NCBI GenBank assembly: GCA_003251175.1
Contig: QKHC01000030.1
Coordinates: 5,228 to 69,227 of the forward strand
From: Gemmatimonadota bacterium
GTDB lineage: Bacteria; Gemmatimonadota; Gemmatimonadetes; Gemmatimonadales; GWC2-71-9
DNA: 64,000 nucleotides
Reading direction: 5' to 3'
Positions within the stretch are counted from its first letter, which is position 1; every line of letters starts with the position of its first letter. Below are positions 25,950 through 35,098 of the stretch, in pieces. The notes below the pieces were generated by a model, which saw only the letters and a program-made list of their open reading frames with translations, did not search any database and had not been told where the DNA came from. Both the position numbers and the translations under genes were made by a program.

Positions 25950-28900
25950 GGCTGGTCCGGCTGGAGCTGTCGGGGTTCAAGTCCTTCGCCGGGGGCGTCG
26001 ATCTGCCGTTCGACACGGGAGTCACAGCCATCGTCGGGCCCAATGGCTGCGGCAAGTCGAACATCTCGGATGCGGTGCGATGGGTGCTGGGCGAGCAGTC
26101 ACCGCGCCTGCTCCGCGGCGGCAAGATGGAGGACGTCATCTTCCAGGGGTCCACCGGACGGCGGCCGGTCAACGTGGCCGAGGTCTCCCTCGTCTTCGAC
26201 AACGCCGATGGTGCCCTGCCGATCGCGTATCAGGAAGTCGTGGTGACCCGGCGGCTGTCACGCTCGGGCCAGAGCGACTATCTGCTCAATCGCTCGCCGG
26301 TGCGGCTGCGGGACATCCAGGATCTCCTGCGCGGAACCGGATTGGGCGCGGACGCGGCGGTCGTGATGGAAGCCAAGATGATCGACGCCCTGCTGTCGGA
26401 GAAAGCCGAGGAACGGCGCTCGTTGTTCGAGGAAGCCGCCGGGATCGGACTGTACCGGGACCGCAAGCGCAGCACCGAGCGTCGGCTCGAAGAGACGGCG
26501 ACGGACCTGGCCCGACTGCAGGACCTGATCGCCGAGGTCCAGACGCAGGTGCGCAGTCTGGCACGCCAGCGCGGCAAGGCGGAGCGGTACAGCCGAACGG
26601 TCGAAGAGCGATTCGGGATCGCGATGACGCTGGTCCGGCGCGACACCGAGGACCTCGATCTCGCCTTGGGAGAGGTGGGGGCGCGCGCGCAGGAAGTCGC
26701 TGACGCGTTGCCGGCCGCCCGGGAGCGGCTCGCCGCTGCCCAGGCGGCGCGCGAGACGGCCGTCCAGAGTCGCCAGCGGGCAGAGACCCGGCGCACCGAG
26801 ATCGAGCGTCAGGTCGCGGCGGCTCAGCTGGAAGTCGGACGGCTGGAGGGCGACCTGGCCCTCGCCGCCGAGCGGCTCGCGAACGCTGGCCGGCGCCGCG
26901 TCCAGGCTACCGAGGAGCGCTCCGCCGCCGAGCAGCGGGCGCTACACGCGGATCGCGAGCACGAGGGCGCCGATGCCGAGCGCGCGGCGGCCGAGTCCGA
27001 TCTCGCGTCCGTCCAGCGGGAGTTGGAGCAGCGGACCGGCGCCGAACAGGCGGTGCGCGATCGCTTGTCCGACGAGCGCGCCGCCGTGCGGACACTCGAG
27101 GAAACGCTGCAACGGCAGGCCGAGACGCAGCGCGCCCTCGAGGCGGAGCGGGGGGCCCTCGAACGGGAGCGGGGCGCGGTGCAGGAGCAGCTCGCGCACG
27201 CCACCACCGAGCGCGCCGAGCGCGACGCTGCGGAGCGAGCGGCGGGGACGGAAGCGGAGCGGCGCGCCCAGGGGGCGGTGGCCGCGGCCCGGGCGGCGCA
27301 GGAAGCCGCTGCGGCACAGGAGGCCGCGCGCCGACGCGTGGCCTCGTTGCGGGAGGCAGAAGCCCGCGCGCGCAACGACCGACGCCGCGCCGAGGAATCG
27401 GTGGCGCAGCTGTCGGCGCGCCGCGACGCGTTGACGCAGCTCGATCGTGAGCGCGTCGGTCTCGCGCCGGCGGCCCAGGCGCTGCTGCGCGAGCGGGACC
27501 GCTTCGACGGAGCCGTGCTCGGTCCGCTGTCGGATTTCGTGCGCACCAGCCGCGCCGATGCCGAGCTCGCCGAGCGCCTGCTCGGCGAGTGGCTGCACGC
27601 CGTCGTGGTGCGCGACGAATCGGCGATCGCTCCGATCCGTGCCTGGCACGCCCAGTCCACCACCGGACCGCTGGTGCTGCTCCCCGCCCTCCCCGGTCCC
27701 CGTCTCGCGTCGGACGGGCGCCCCTTGCCGGACTCGCTGCGGGCGGACGGCCCCGCTGCCGCGTGGGTGCGAGCGCTGCTCACCGGTCATGAGGTGTTGG
27801 ACGGCGCCGGCGCCGTGCGAAGGGCCAACGGCGCAGTGTTTCTCGACGTCGCGGCGGCCGGCGGGCCGCTGCAGCGCAGGGCCGAGCTCGATGCCCTGAC
27901 GCGGGAAGTTGCCGACACCGAGCGCGCGCGGGATGCGGCCGGCGCTGCTCTCACCTCCGCCACCGGGGAGTTGGCGGGAGCGGAGGCGGAGCTCGCAGCC
28001 GCGGAGGAGCGCACTCGGCGGGCGCGCCACGACGAACTCGAATCGGCCGCACAGCGCGGCGAGGCCGACCGCACCGTCGCGCACGCGCGTCGCGACGCCA
28101 CGGAAGCCGCCGCGCTGGTGGACCGGCTGGGCCGACGGCTGGGCGAAGGCGACGCCCGCCTCACCGAGATCGGCAGGCTGCTGCAGCAGCAGGACGTCGA
28201 GCGCGTGCATCTCGACGAGCGCCTGGGTGCCGCGCGCGCGCGGCTGCTCGACATCGAGGGCCAGCTGGAGGCGGCACGCGAGCAGCGGGTGCAATGGCAG
28301 GTCGAGTCGGCCCAGGTGGAGGCCAGGCTCGCCGCCGCGCGGGACCGCGCCGACCGAACCGCCAGCGATGCGGCCGAGGCGCGCCAGCACGCGGCGGGGC
28401 TCGCTGATGAGATCGCCACCTTGGAACACGAAGCCGCGGCACTGCGTGGGCAGCAGGCACAGTGGGAGGACGCGCTGAAGGACCGTCGCCTGGCGCTCAC
28501 CGCGCTGGAGGACGCGGCGCGTGAGGCCGAGCGCCAGGTCCACATCGCGGGCGCCGACCTCGAGCAGGCGGAGGGGGCGCAGGGCGAGGCGCGTCGCGCG
28601 CTCGACGCGCTGGCAGAAGACGAACATCGCGTCGCCCTCGAGCGCACCGAGCTCGAAGGACGACGCCGCGCCCTCGTCGAGCGCGTGGAGGCCGAGTGGC
28701 GAAAGCCGATCGACCGGCTGCTGGCCGACGCACCCGACGTTCCGGGCGACGTCGAGTGGCTCCGCCAGGAGAACGACCGGCTGCGTGAGGCGATCGACCA
28801 GATGGGACCGGTCAACGCCCTGGCGGTGGAGGAGCACGCCGAAGAAGTGAAGCGCCTCGAATTCCTCCAGGCGCAGCGCGACGACCTGGTGTCGGCCCGC

Positions 28901-29410
28901 GGCTCGCTGCAACAAGCCGTGCGCGAAATCGACCAGACCGCCAAGACGCTGTTTCTCGAGTCCTTCGGTTATGTCCGCGAGAACTTCCGCACGGTGTTCC
29001 AGACTCTGTTCGGCGGCGGCGAGTGCGACGTCCGGCTCGTCAACGAAGACGAGCCGCTCGAGAGCGAGATCGAGATCCATGCCGCCCCCAGAGGCAAGCG
29101 GACCCAGCGCATCCACCTGCTGTCGTCAGGCGAGCGCACCCTGGTCGCGGTATCGTTGTTGTTCGCGATCTTCCTGACGAAGCCCAGTCCCTTCTGTCTC
29201 TTGGACGAGGTCGATGCCCCGCTCGACGACTCCAACGTGGGCCGCTATGTGCGGCTGCTCCAGGAATTCAAGGACCAGACACAGTTCATCGTGATCACCC
29301 ACAACCCGCGGACGATGCAGGCGGCTGACGCCGTGTACGGCGTCACGATGCAGGAGCCGGGCGTGTCGACGATTGTCGGCGTGCGTCTGGGAGAGATGGA
29401 ACCGGTGTGA
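25946..29410 (+). CDS. smc: Chromosome segregation protein SMC
   Basis: 'LSGFKSFA...IVGPNGCGKSNISDAVRWVLGEQS' head, long coiled coils, and C-terminal 'LSSGERTLVAVSLLFAIF...LLDEVDAPLDD'. ATGA overlap with the upstream gene. Confidence 0.95.
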   Translation: MRLVRLELSGFKSFAGGVDLPFDTGVTAIVGPNGCGKSNISDAVRWVLGEQSPRLLRGGKMEDVIFQGSTGRRPVNVAEVSLVFDNADGALPIAYQEVVVTRRLSRSGQSDYLLNRSPVRLRDIQDLLRGTGLGADAAVVMEAKMIDALLSEKAEERRSLFEEAAGIGLYRDRKRSTERRLEETATDLARLQDLIAEVQTQVRSLARQRGKAERYSRTVEERFGIAMTLVRRDTEDLDLALGEVGARAQEVADALPAARERLAAAQAARETAVQSRQRAETRRTEIERQVAAAQLEVGRLEGDLALAAERLANAGRRRVQATEERSAAEQRALHADREHEGADAERAAAESDLASVQRELEQRTGAEQAVRDRLSDERAAVRTLEETLQRQAETQRALEAERGALERERGAVQEQLAHATTERAERDAAERAAGTEAERRAQGAVAAARAAQEAAAAQEAARRRVASLREAEARARNDRRRAEESVAQLSARRDALTQLDRERVGLAPAAQALLRERDRFDGAVLGPLSDFVRTSRADAELAERLLGEWLHAVVVRDESAIAPIRAWHAQSTTGPLVLLPALPGPRLASDGRPLPDSLRADGPAAAWVRALLTGHEVLDGAGAVRRANGAVFLDVAAAGGPLQRRAELDALTREVADTERARDAAGAALTSATGELAGAEAELAAAEERTRRARHDELESAAQRGEADRTVAHARRDATEAAALVDRLGRRLGEGDARLTEIGRLLQQQDVERVHLDERLGAARARLLDIEGQLEAAREQRVQWQVESAQVEARLAAARDRADRTASDAAEARQHAAGLADEIATLEHEAAALRGQQAQWEDALKDRRLALTALEDAAREAERQVHIAGADLEQAEGAQGEARRALDALAEDEHRVALERTELEGRRRALVERVEAEWRKPIDRLLADAPDVPGDVEWLRQENDRLREAIDQMGPVNALAVEEHAEEVKRLEFLQAQRDDLVSARGSLQQAVREIDQTAKTLFLESFGYVRENFRTVFQTLFGGGECDVRLVNEDEPLESEIEIHAAPRGKRTQRIHLLSSGERTLVAVSLLFAIFLTKPSPFCLLDEVDAPLDDSNVGRYVRLLQEFKDQTQFIVITHNPRTMQAADAVYGVTMQEPGVSTIVGVRLGEMEPV

Positions 29411-31677
29411 GCGCCGCCCGGCGCGCCACCGCTGTCGCGGCGCTCCTCACCGCGGCCATCCGCACCGCCCCCGCACAGGGCCCCGTCATCGCCCCGGCTC
29501 TCACCCGCGTCTGGGAGCGCGACACGACAGTCGCGGTCTGGTTGTTCGTGCAGGCCGGCGTGTCCCTCGAGACCGCCGTCGCGCACATCGCGAGCGCCGG
29601 CGCCCACGCGCGGGCTCGCAGTCGGTGGCTCCACGCGGTCGCCGCCGACGCACCAGGCCCCGTGCTGCGCCGGCTGGCGCGCAGTCCCGTCCTGCGCCGC
29701 ATCCAGCCGCTGGGCCGCTGGCGCCGTCCGCTTCCACCGGATACGCTGCCCGCGCCCCCCACCCAGCTGGCCGTCGTCGACACCTGCGGACCTGACGGCG
29801 ACCCGGTGTACGGCCCGTCGGCCATGCCATACCGCCAGCTCCGCCTGCGGCCGCTCGCGGACGCCGGGTACGCGGGCGCCGGCGTGCGGGTCGCGCTCCT
29901 CGACACCGGGTTCGACACCGCCGACCCCGCGTTCGCCGGTGTGGCCGTGGCGGCGCAGTGGGATTTCGTCTTCGGCGACTCGGTCGTGCGAGACGAACCC
30001 GCCGATCAGCCGGGCCAGCACGGGCACGGCACGGCGGTGTGGTCGCTGCTCGCGGGCTCGGTGCCCGGTCGACTGCGCGGGATCGCCCGGGCGGCGACCT
30101 ACCTGCTCGCCAAGACCGAGGACATCCGCTCCGAGACCCGCGTCGAAGAGGATCACTTCGTCGCGGCACTCGAGTGGGCCGACTCGCTCGGCGCGCAGAT
30201 CGTGTCGACCAGCCTCGGGTACCTGGATTTCGACAACGGGTTCGGATATGCGCCGTCGGAATTGAACGGCGACGTCGCCGTGACGACGGTGGCGGTCGAC
30301 AGCGCCGCCGCCCGCGGTATGCTGGTGATCGACGCCGCCGGGAACAACGGCCCCGGATACCGGACCCTGGTCACGCCGGCGGACGCGGACTCGGCGCTCG
30401 CCGTCGGCGCGGAGGATTCGCTCGGCACGCTCGCGACCTTCTCGTCCCGGGGCCCCACCGCCGACGGCAGGCTCAAACCGGATCTGACGGCACCTGGCGT
30501 CGCTGTGTGTGCCCTGACGAGCGGCGGCAGCGTACGCCGCATGAACGGCACATCCTTCGCCACCCCCCTCCTCGCGGGGGCTGCCACCCTGGTACGCGAG
30601 ATCCACCTCAGTCTCGGCCCTGATGCAATCGGCGCCGCGCTGCGACGCCACGCGAGCCGCGCGGCGACACCCGACTCGGCGTACGGGTACGGACGCCCGG
30701 ACGCGACGGCCGCCGCCGTGTTCCCCTTCGGCGTCGTGCCCGTTGCGCCGCTCGCGGGCCCTGCAGCGTCGATCACGCCAGCGTTCATTTGGAGCATCGC
30801 GCCTCCCCCGGCACTGGCGATGCCGGTACGGTTCCGCCTGCGCGTCGCCCGCCAGGAGAGCCTCGCGGGGGTGCTGCTCGATACCACGGTCGCAACGAGC
30901 ACCCTCGCGGTACCCCGCGCGCTGCCTCCGGGCGCCGTGTGGTGGCAGGTGGATGCGACCGCTGCATCAGGTGAAACCGGGACATCGGGCGTCGTGGGAC
31001 CGGTCGACATCCCGGCGTGGGCGACGCTGCTGACCTTCAACAGCCCCGAGGGAGAGACGACGGCCGATTCGCAGCCCCTGTTCGCGTGGCGGGCACCCCC
31101 CGTGTCGGCGCCACCAGGCCCCGCTCGTTACGACATCCTCGTCCGCCGTACGACGGCCGTGACGCCGGAGGCCGTGGCGCGGGACGTGATGGACACGATG
31201 GCGCGGTTGCCGGCACCGCTCGAGCGCGGCGTGACCTACACCTGGTCTCTCGTGGCACGCATTGCCTCGGACTCCGCCACCATTCCCAGCGTCGGCACGT
31301 TTCTCGTGCTCGACCCCTCGACGCCCCCCGCGACGTTGCTGTATCAGAACTTCCCCAACCCATTCCCTGGTCCGGGCGGGGCGCCGACCTGCCTGTGGTT
31401 CGACCTGGCCGGCCCGACGTCGGTCGAGCTCGACATCCTCGACGTGCGCGGGCGCCCGGTCCGCCGAATCCTCCCCGCGCCCCACATGTCCGGGACACTG
31501 GCTGCGGGACGCTACGGGCGGGGCGCCGCCGGCACCGCGACGTGCGATCCGAACTTGACCTGGGATGGTCGTGCGGAGGACGGCCGCACGGTGCCCGCCG
31601 GCGTCTACCTCGCCCGACTCAAAGCGGGATCCGCCGTGCAGTTCAAACGCCTCGTGTTTCGTGGCGTCGGGCCGTGA
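29407..31677 (+). CDS. Secreted S8 (subtilisin-family) serine peptidase with a C-terminal QNFPNPF-type sorting / FlgD-Ig-like domain
   Basis: Catalytic triad contexts 'VALLDTGFD', 'HGHGTAVWS', 'MNGTSFATPLLAG'. C-terminal 'LLYQNFPNPF...PAGVYLARL'. The GTG overlaps the smc stop. Confidence 0.85.
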   Translation: MSAARRATAVAALLTAAIRTAPAQGPVIAPALTRVWERDTTVAVWLFVQAGVSLETAVAHIASAGAHARARSRWLHAVAADAPGPVLRRLARSPVLRRIQPLGRWRRPLPPDTLPAPPTQLAVVDTCGPDGDPVYGPSAMPYRQLRLRPLADAGYAGAGVRVALLDTGFDTADPAFAGVAVAAQWDFVFGDSVVRDEPADQPGQHGHGTAVWSLLAGSVPGRLRGIARAATYLLAKTEDIRSETRVEEDHFVAALEWADSLGAQIVSTSLGYLDFDNGFGYAPSELNGDVAVTTVAVDSAAARGMLVIDAAGNNGPGYRTLVTPADADSALAVGAEDSLGTLATFSSRGPTADGRLKPDLTAPGVAVCALTSGGSVRRMNGTSFATPLLAGAATLVREIHLSLGPDAIGAALRRHASRAATPDSAYGYGRPDATAAAVFPFGVVPVAPLAGPAASITPAFIWSIAPPPALAMPVRFRLRVARQESLAGVLLDTTVATSTLAVPRALPPGAVWWQVDATAASGETGTSGVVGPVDIPAWATLLTFNSPEGETTADSQPLFAWRAPPVSAPPGPARYDILVRRTTAVTPEAVARDVMDTMARLPAPLERGVTYTWSLVARIASDSATIPSVGTFLVLDPSTPPATLLYQNFPNPFPGPGGAPTCLWFDLAGPTSVELDILDVRGRPVRRILPAPHMSGTLAAGRYGRGAAGTATCDPNLTWDGRAEDGRTVPAGVYLARLKAGSAVQFKRLVFRGVGP

Positions 31678-32456
31678 CCCTGCAGCTCGTGACCGTCGGC
31701 ACCGGAACGGTGGCGCCCTCAGCCACCCGGACCGCCGCCTGCCACTGGGTGGAGCGCGGCAACCTGCGCCTGCTCCTGGACTGCGGTCCCGGCTCGCTCC
31801 ACCGCCTGGCGGAAGCGGGCCTCCCGTGGCCGCAGCTGAGCCATGTCGTGCTGTCGCACTTCCATCCCGATCACTACGCCGAAGTGCCGATGCTGGTCTA
31901 CGCGCTCAAGCACACGACCGTCCCGCCCCGCACCGCCCCGCTGGTGATCCTCGGCCCGGCGGGCGTCGTCCGCCTGCTCCGGGCACTTGCGCAGGGCTAC
32001 GGCGACTGGCTCCTCGAGCCGGGGTTTCCGCTCGCCATCCTCGACCTGCGAGCCGGCGAGCCGTTCCCGCTCGCGGGTGACGTGACGCTGGACACGTGCC
32101 CCGTGCCTCACACAGCGGAGAGCGTCGCCATCAGTGTCGCGGCTCCCGACGCGCGCCTCGTATACACGGGAGATACCGGCCCCTCGCCGGACCTGGCGGC
32201 CTGGGCGGCGGGATGCGACCTGCTGCTGGCCGAGTGCTCGCTGCCGGAGCATCTGGCGCTCGACTTCCACCTCACCCCGGAACGGGCGGGTGATTTGGCG
32301 CGTGCGGCCGGGGCCAAACGGCTCGTCTTGACGCACTTCTATCCGCCTGTCGAAACTATTGACCCGGCCCGCGTGGCCGGGACGCGCTTCACGGGGCCCG
32401 TAACCGCGGCCCGCGATGGAGACCGGTTCGTCATCGGAGGAGATGCGGGGTGCTGA
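31674..32456 (+). CDS. MBL-fold metallo-hydrolase (RNase Z/BN-like)
   Basis: 'LLLDCGPGS', '[13 protein letters not shown]', and a late 'LTHFYP'. The GTG overlaps the S8 stop (GTGA). Confidence 0.7.
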   Translation: MTLQLVTVGTGTVAPSATRTAACHWVERGNLRLLLDCGPGSLHRLAEAGLPWPQLSHVVLSHFHPDHYAEVPMLVYALKHTTVPPRTAPLVILGPAGVVRLLRALAQGYGDWLLEPGFPLAILDLRAGEPFPLAGDVTLDTCPVPHTAESVAISVAAPDARLVYTGDTGPSPDLAAWAAGCDLLLAECSLPEHLALDFHLTPERAGDLARAAGAKRLVLTHFYPPVETIDPARVAGTRFTGPVTAARDGDRFVIGGDAGC

Positions 32457-33490
32457 TCGTGATGCAGCACGGCGCGACACCCGATCAGGTGCGGCGGGTG
32501 GTGGCCGTGATCGAGGAGCTGGGCTACCAGGCGCGAGCGTTGCCGGGCAAGCAGCGTACCGCCGTGGGCCTGGTTGGCAACGACGGGCGGGTGGACGCGT
32601 CGCGGCTCGAGACCCTGCCCGGCGTCCAGGAGATCATCCACGTTTCCAAGCCATACAAGCAGGTGAGCCGCGAGTGGCAGGACGAGCCCACCGTGGTGCA
32701 CCTGCCTGGCGGAGTCACGGTGGGGGGTACCGAGATTGTGGCCATCGCGGGACCCTGCTCGGTCGAGAACGAAAAACAGATCATCGACACGGCGCGCCTG
32801 GTCAAGGAGGCGGGGGCCGTGATCTTGCGGGGCGGCGCGTTCAAGCCGCGCAGCTCTCCCTACTCGTTTCAGGGTCTCGGCCGCCCGGGACTCGCCCTGC
32901 TGGCCCGGGCGCGCGAGGAAACGGGCCTGCTTGTCTGCACCGAAGCGATGGACCCCGAGGCCGTCGGCTGGGTGGCGGAGGTCGCGGACATCATTCAGGT
33001 CGGCGCGCGCAACATGCAGAACTTCTCACTCCTCAAGGCCGTGGGGCGATGCGGCAAGCCGGTCCTGCTCAAACGCGGCATGGCGGCCACGATCACCGAG
33101 TTGTTGCTGTCCGCCGAGTACCTATTGGCCGAAGGCAATCGGGACGTGATCCTGTGCGAGCGGGGCGTGCGGGGGTTCGACACGGCCACCCGCAACCTGT
33201 TCGACATTTCGGCGATCCCCGTAGTGCACAAGCTGTCGCACCTTCCGATCATCGCCGACCCGTCACATGGCACGGGGCTGCGGGAGAAAGTGCTTCCGAT
33301 GGCGCGGGCCGCCGTGGCTGCGGGTGCGGACGGCATCATGGTTGAAGTGCATCCCAATCCCGATGCCGCGTTGTCCGACGGCGCGCAGACCCTGTATCCC
33401 GGCCAATTCGCCCAGTTGATGCGCGAGGTCCGGGTCATCGCCGATGTGATCGGCCGCCGAGTGGCGGAGCCAGCTCCCGTGGGAGCATGA
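32450..33490 (+). CDS. 3-deoxy-7-phosphoheptulonate (DAHP) synthase, type I-beta, with an N-terminal ferredoxin-like regulatory domain
   Basis: The N-terminal '[25 protein letters not shown]' domain followed by 'IAGPCSVE...[17 protein letters not shown]...LKRG' resembles the Thermotoga-type AroF architecture. Confidence 0.9.
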   Translation: MLIVMQHGATPDQVRRVVAVIEELGYQARALPGKQRTAVGLVGNDGRVDASRLETLPGVQEIIHVSKPYKQVSREWQDEPTVVHLPGGVTVGGTEIVAIAGPCSVENEKQIIDTARLVKEAGAVILRGGAFKPRSSPYSFQGLGRPGLALLARAREETGLLVCTEAMDPEAVGWVAEVADIIQVGARNMQNFSLLKAVGRCGKPVLLKRGMAATITELLLSAEYLLAEGNRDVILCERGVRGFDTATRNLFDISAIPVVHKLSHLPIIADPSHGTGLREKVLPMARAAVAAGADGIMVEVHPNPDAALSDGAQTLYPGQFAQLMREVRVIADVIGRRVAEPAPVGA

Positions 33491-34176
33491 GACGGACCAC
33501 ACCGCACGGACCGCCGGGATCGCGCCCCATCCTCTCCGTCGTGTCGGTCCTGTCGCTGTGCGCCGTCGGTGCGCTTCCGGCACAGGATCCCTGGCCCGCC
33601 CTGGATCGGGCCAGCGCCGCATACGCCGCACTTACGTCGCTCACCGCCGACTTCGTGCAGATCATCGATCATCCCGTGCTCGGCGCCCCCGATACGACCC
33701 GGGGGAGACTGTATCTCCGGCCGCCTGACCGGTTCGCGATGCGTTTCACCGAGCCTGCAGGGGACCGCATTGTCGCCGATGGCCGGTACCTGTGGCTGTA
33801 CACGCCGAGTACTACAGCCAATCAGGTGATTCGCACGGCCACGATCCCGCGTGCCGGGGGCGTCACCCCCAATCTCTTTGGGCAGTTCGTCGACCAGCCG
33901 CGTCAGCGCTACCGGGCGCGGTGGGTACGAGAGGTGACCGACGCGGCCGGGACGATGGACGTCGTGGCGCTCGTCCCCACCGATGCGGATGCACCATACC
34001 GCGAGGCGACGATCTGGGTGGGCCGGTCCGACGGCCTGCTGCGGCGCGTCGAGATCGTGGAGGCGACGGGGCAGCAGCGGATCGTGCTGTTGCAGAACGT
34101 CCGGACCAACGTCAGCATTCCGGGCCGTGAGCTGCGCTTCGATCCGCCGGCCGGGGCCCGGGTCGTCGATCAGTGA
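33487..34176 (+). CDS. lolA: Outer-membrane lipoprotein carrier protein LolA-like
   Basis: Signal peptide. 'LTADFVQ...[17 protein letters not shown]...[11 protein letters not shown]' is a LolA pattern. ATGA overlap with the upstream gene. Confidence 0.6.
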   Translation: MRRTTPHGPPGSRPILSVVSVLSLCAVGALPAQDPWPALDRASAAYAALTSLTADFVQIIDHPVLGAPDTTRGRLYLRPPDRFAMRFTEPAGDRIVADGRYLWLYTPSTTANQVIRTATIPRAGGVTPNLFGQFVDQPRQRYRARWVREVTDAAGTMDVVALVPTDADAPYREATIWVGRSDGLLRRVEIVEATGQQRIVLLQNVRTNVSIPGRELRFDPPAGARVVDQ

Positions 34177-34191
34177 GCTGAGGGGCGGCGC

Positions 34192-35091
34192 TCAGGTCGG
34201 GGCATCGCGACGCAGCACCGGCGGCACGTCGGTCGTCAGCGCGGTCGCGATGCGCGCTGCGGTCGCCTCGTCCATTCCCTGCTTCTGTGCCAGCTCCAGC
34301 GCGGCGCGCCCGATCGCCCGGTAGAGCTCCGCATCATCGATCGTCAGGGCCGCGAGGTGACGTGCCACGGTGGCGGCATCGCCGCGGCGGATAGGGCCGG
34401 TCAGCGCCGCGCCCGGCCCGTCGCGACTCACATTCTCGAACGTCCCTCGCACCAGTGGCAACAATGCCTGCCACGCCTCGGCCTCGCTCAGGCCCGCATG
34501 ACGCAGCAGGCGCTGGGCCACGGCTTCCACGACGACGAAGTAGTTCGACGCGAAGACGGCCCCCGCGTGGTAGACAGGCTTCCGCCCCGGGGGGACACGG
34601 AACGGCCGCAGCCCGATGGCTCGCGCCAGCGCTTCCGCGCGTTCCACCGCCTGCGGCATGCCTTCGACGGCGGCCCACGCGCCCCGCAGGCGCTCGGGCG
34701 CCCGCGTCGGCTCGGCAATGGTCTGCAGCGGGTGCAGGGATCCCAGCGCGGCGCGTGAGGGAAGCAGCGCGGCGAGCGCCTCCTGGCCCTGGACACCGGA
34801 GAGATGCAGCACTGTGTGGCCGGGTCCGATCCGCCCGCTGTCCTGCAACGCGGCTGCGAGATCCGCAATCGCATCATCGCGCACGGCCAGCACCACCACG
34901 GCCACCTGCGGGAGCCACTGGGGGAGAACGCCGTCTGCTGCGACGGTGAGCCGGAGCCCCGCCGGGACCGGGCGCGCGCGCCGGCCGTGGAGCACGACGT
35001 CGCAGCCCGCCTGGGTCAGCGCGAGCGCCAGCCCGGTGCCGGCGCGGCCGGCACCGATGATGCCGATCGCCGGGGGCGCCGCCCCACTCAT
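34192..35091 (-). CDS. Rossmann-fold oxidoreductase-like protein with a DUF2520 C-terminal domain
   Basis: 'IGIIGAGRAGTGLALAL' dinucleotide-binding N-terminus. The start is inferred at the ATG at 35091, 7 nt after the ctp stop. Confidence 0.65.
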   Translation of the reverse strand: MSGAAPPAIGIIGAGRAGTGLALALTQAGCDVVLHGRRARPVPAGLRLTVAADGVLPQWLPQVAVVVLAVRDDAIADLAAALQDSGRIGPGHTVLHLSGVQGQEALAALLPSRAALGSLHPLQTIAEPTRAPERLRGAWAAVEGMPQAVERAEALARAIGLRPFRVPPGRKPVYHAGAVFASNYFVVVEAVAQRLLRHAGLSEAEAWQALLPLVRGTFENVSRDGPGAALTGPIRRGDAATVARHLAALTIDDAELYRAIGRAALELAQKQGMDEATAARIATALTTDVPPVLRRDAPT

Positions 35092-35098
35092 GGCGTGC

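Noticed and set aside
26824-29116. Long minus-strand ORFs (724, 385 and 319 aa) inside smc.
   Set aside because: They are antisense to the SMC coiled-coil region, have Ala/Arg-rich low-complexity translations, and show no motifs.
31251-31266. Sigma-54-like TGGCAC...TTGC string. I also checked other TGGCAC occurrences, for example on the minus strand near 60565.
   Set aside because: The GG-to-GC spacing is two nucleotides too short here. The site is inside the S8 peptidase coding region. The other TGGCAC copies lack a TTGC at the right distance.
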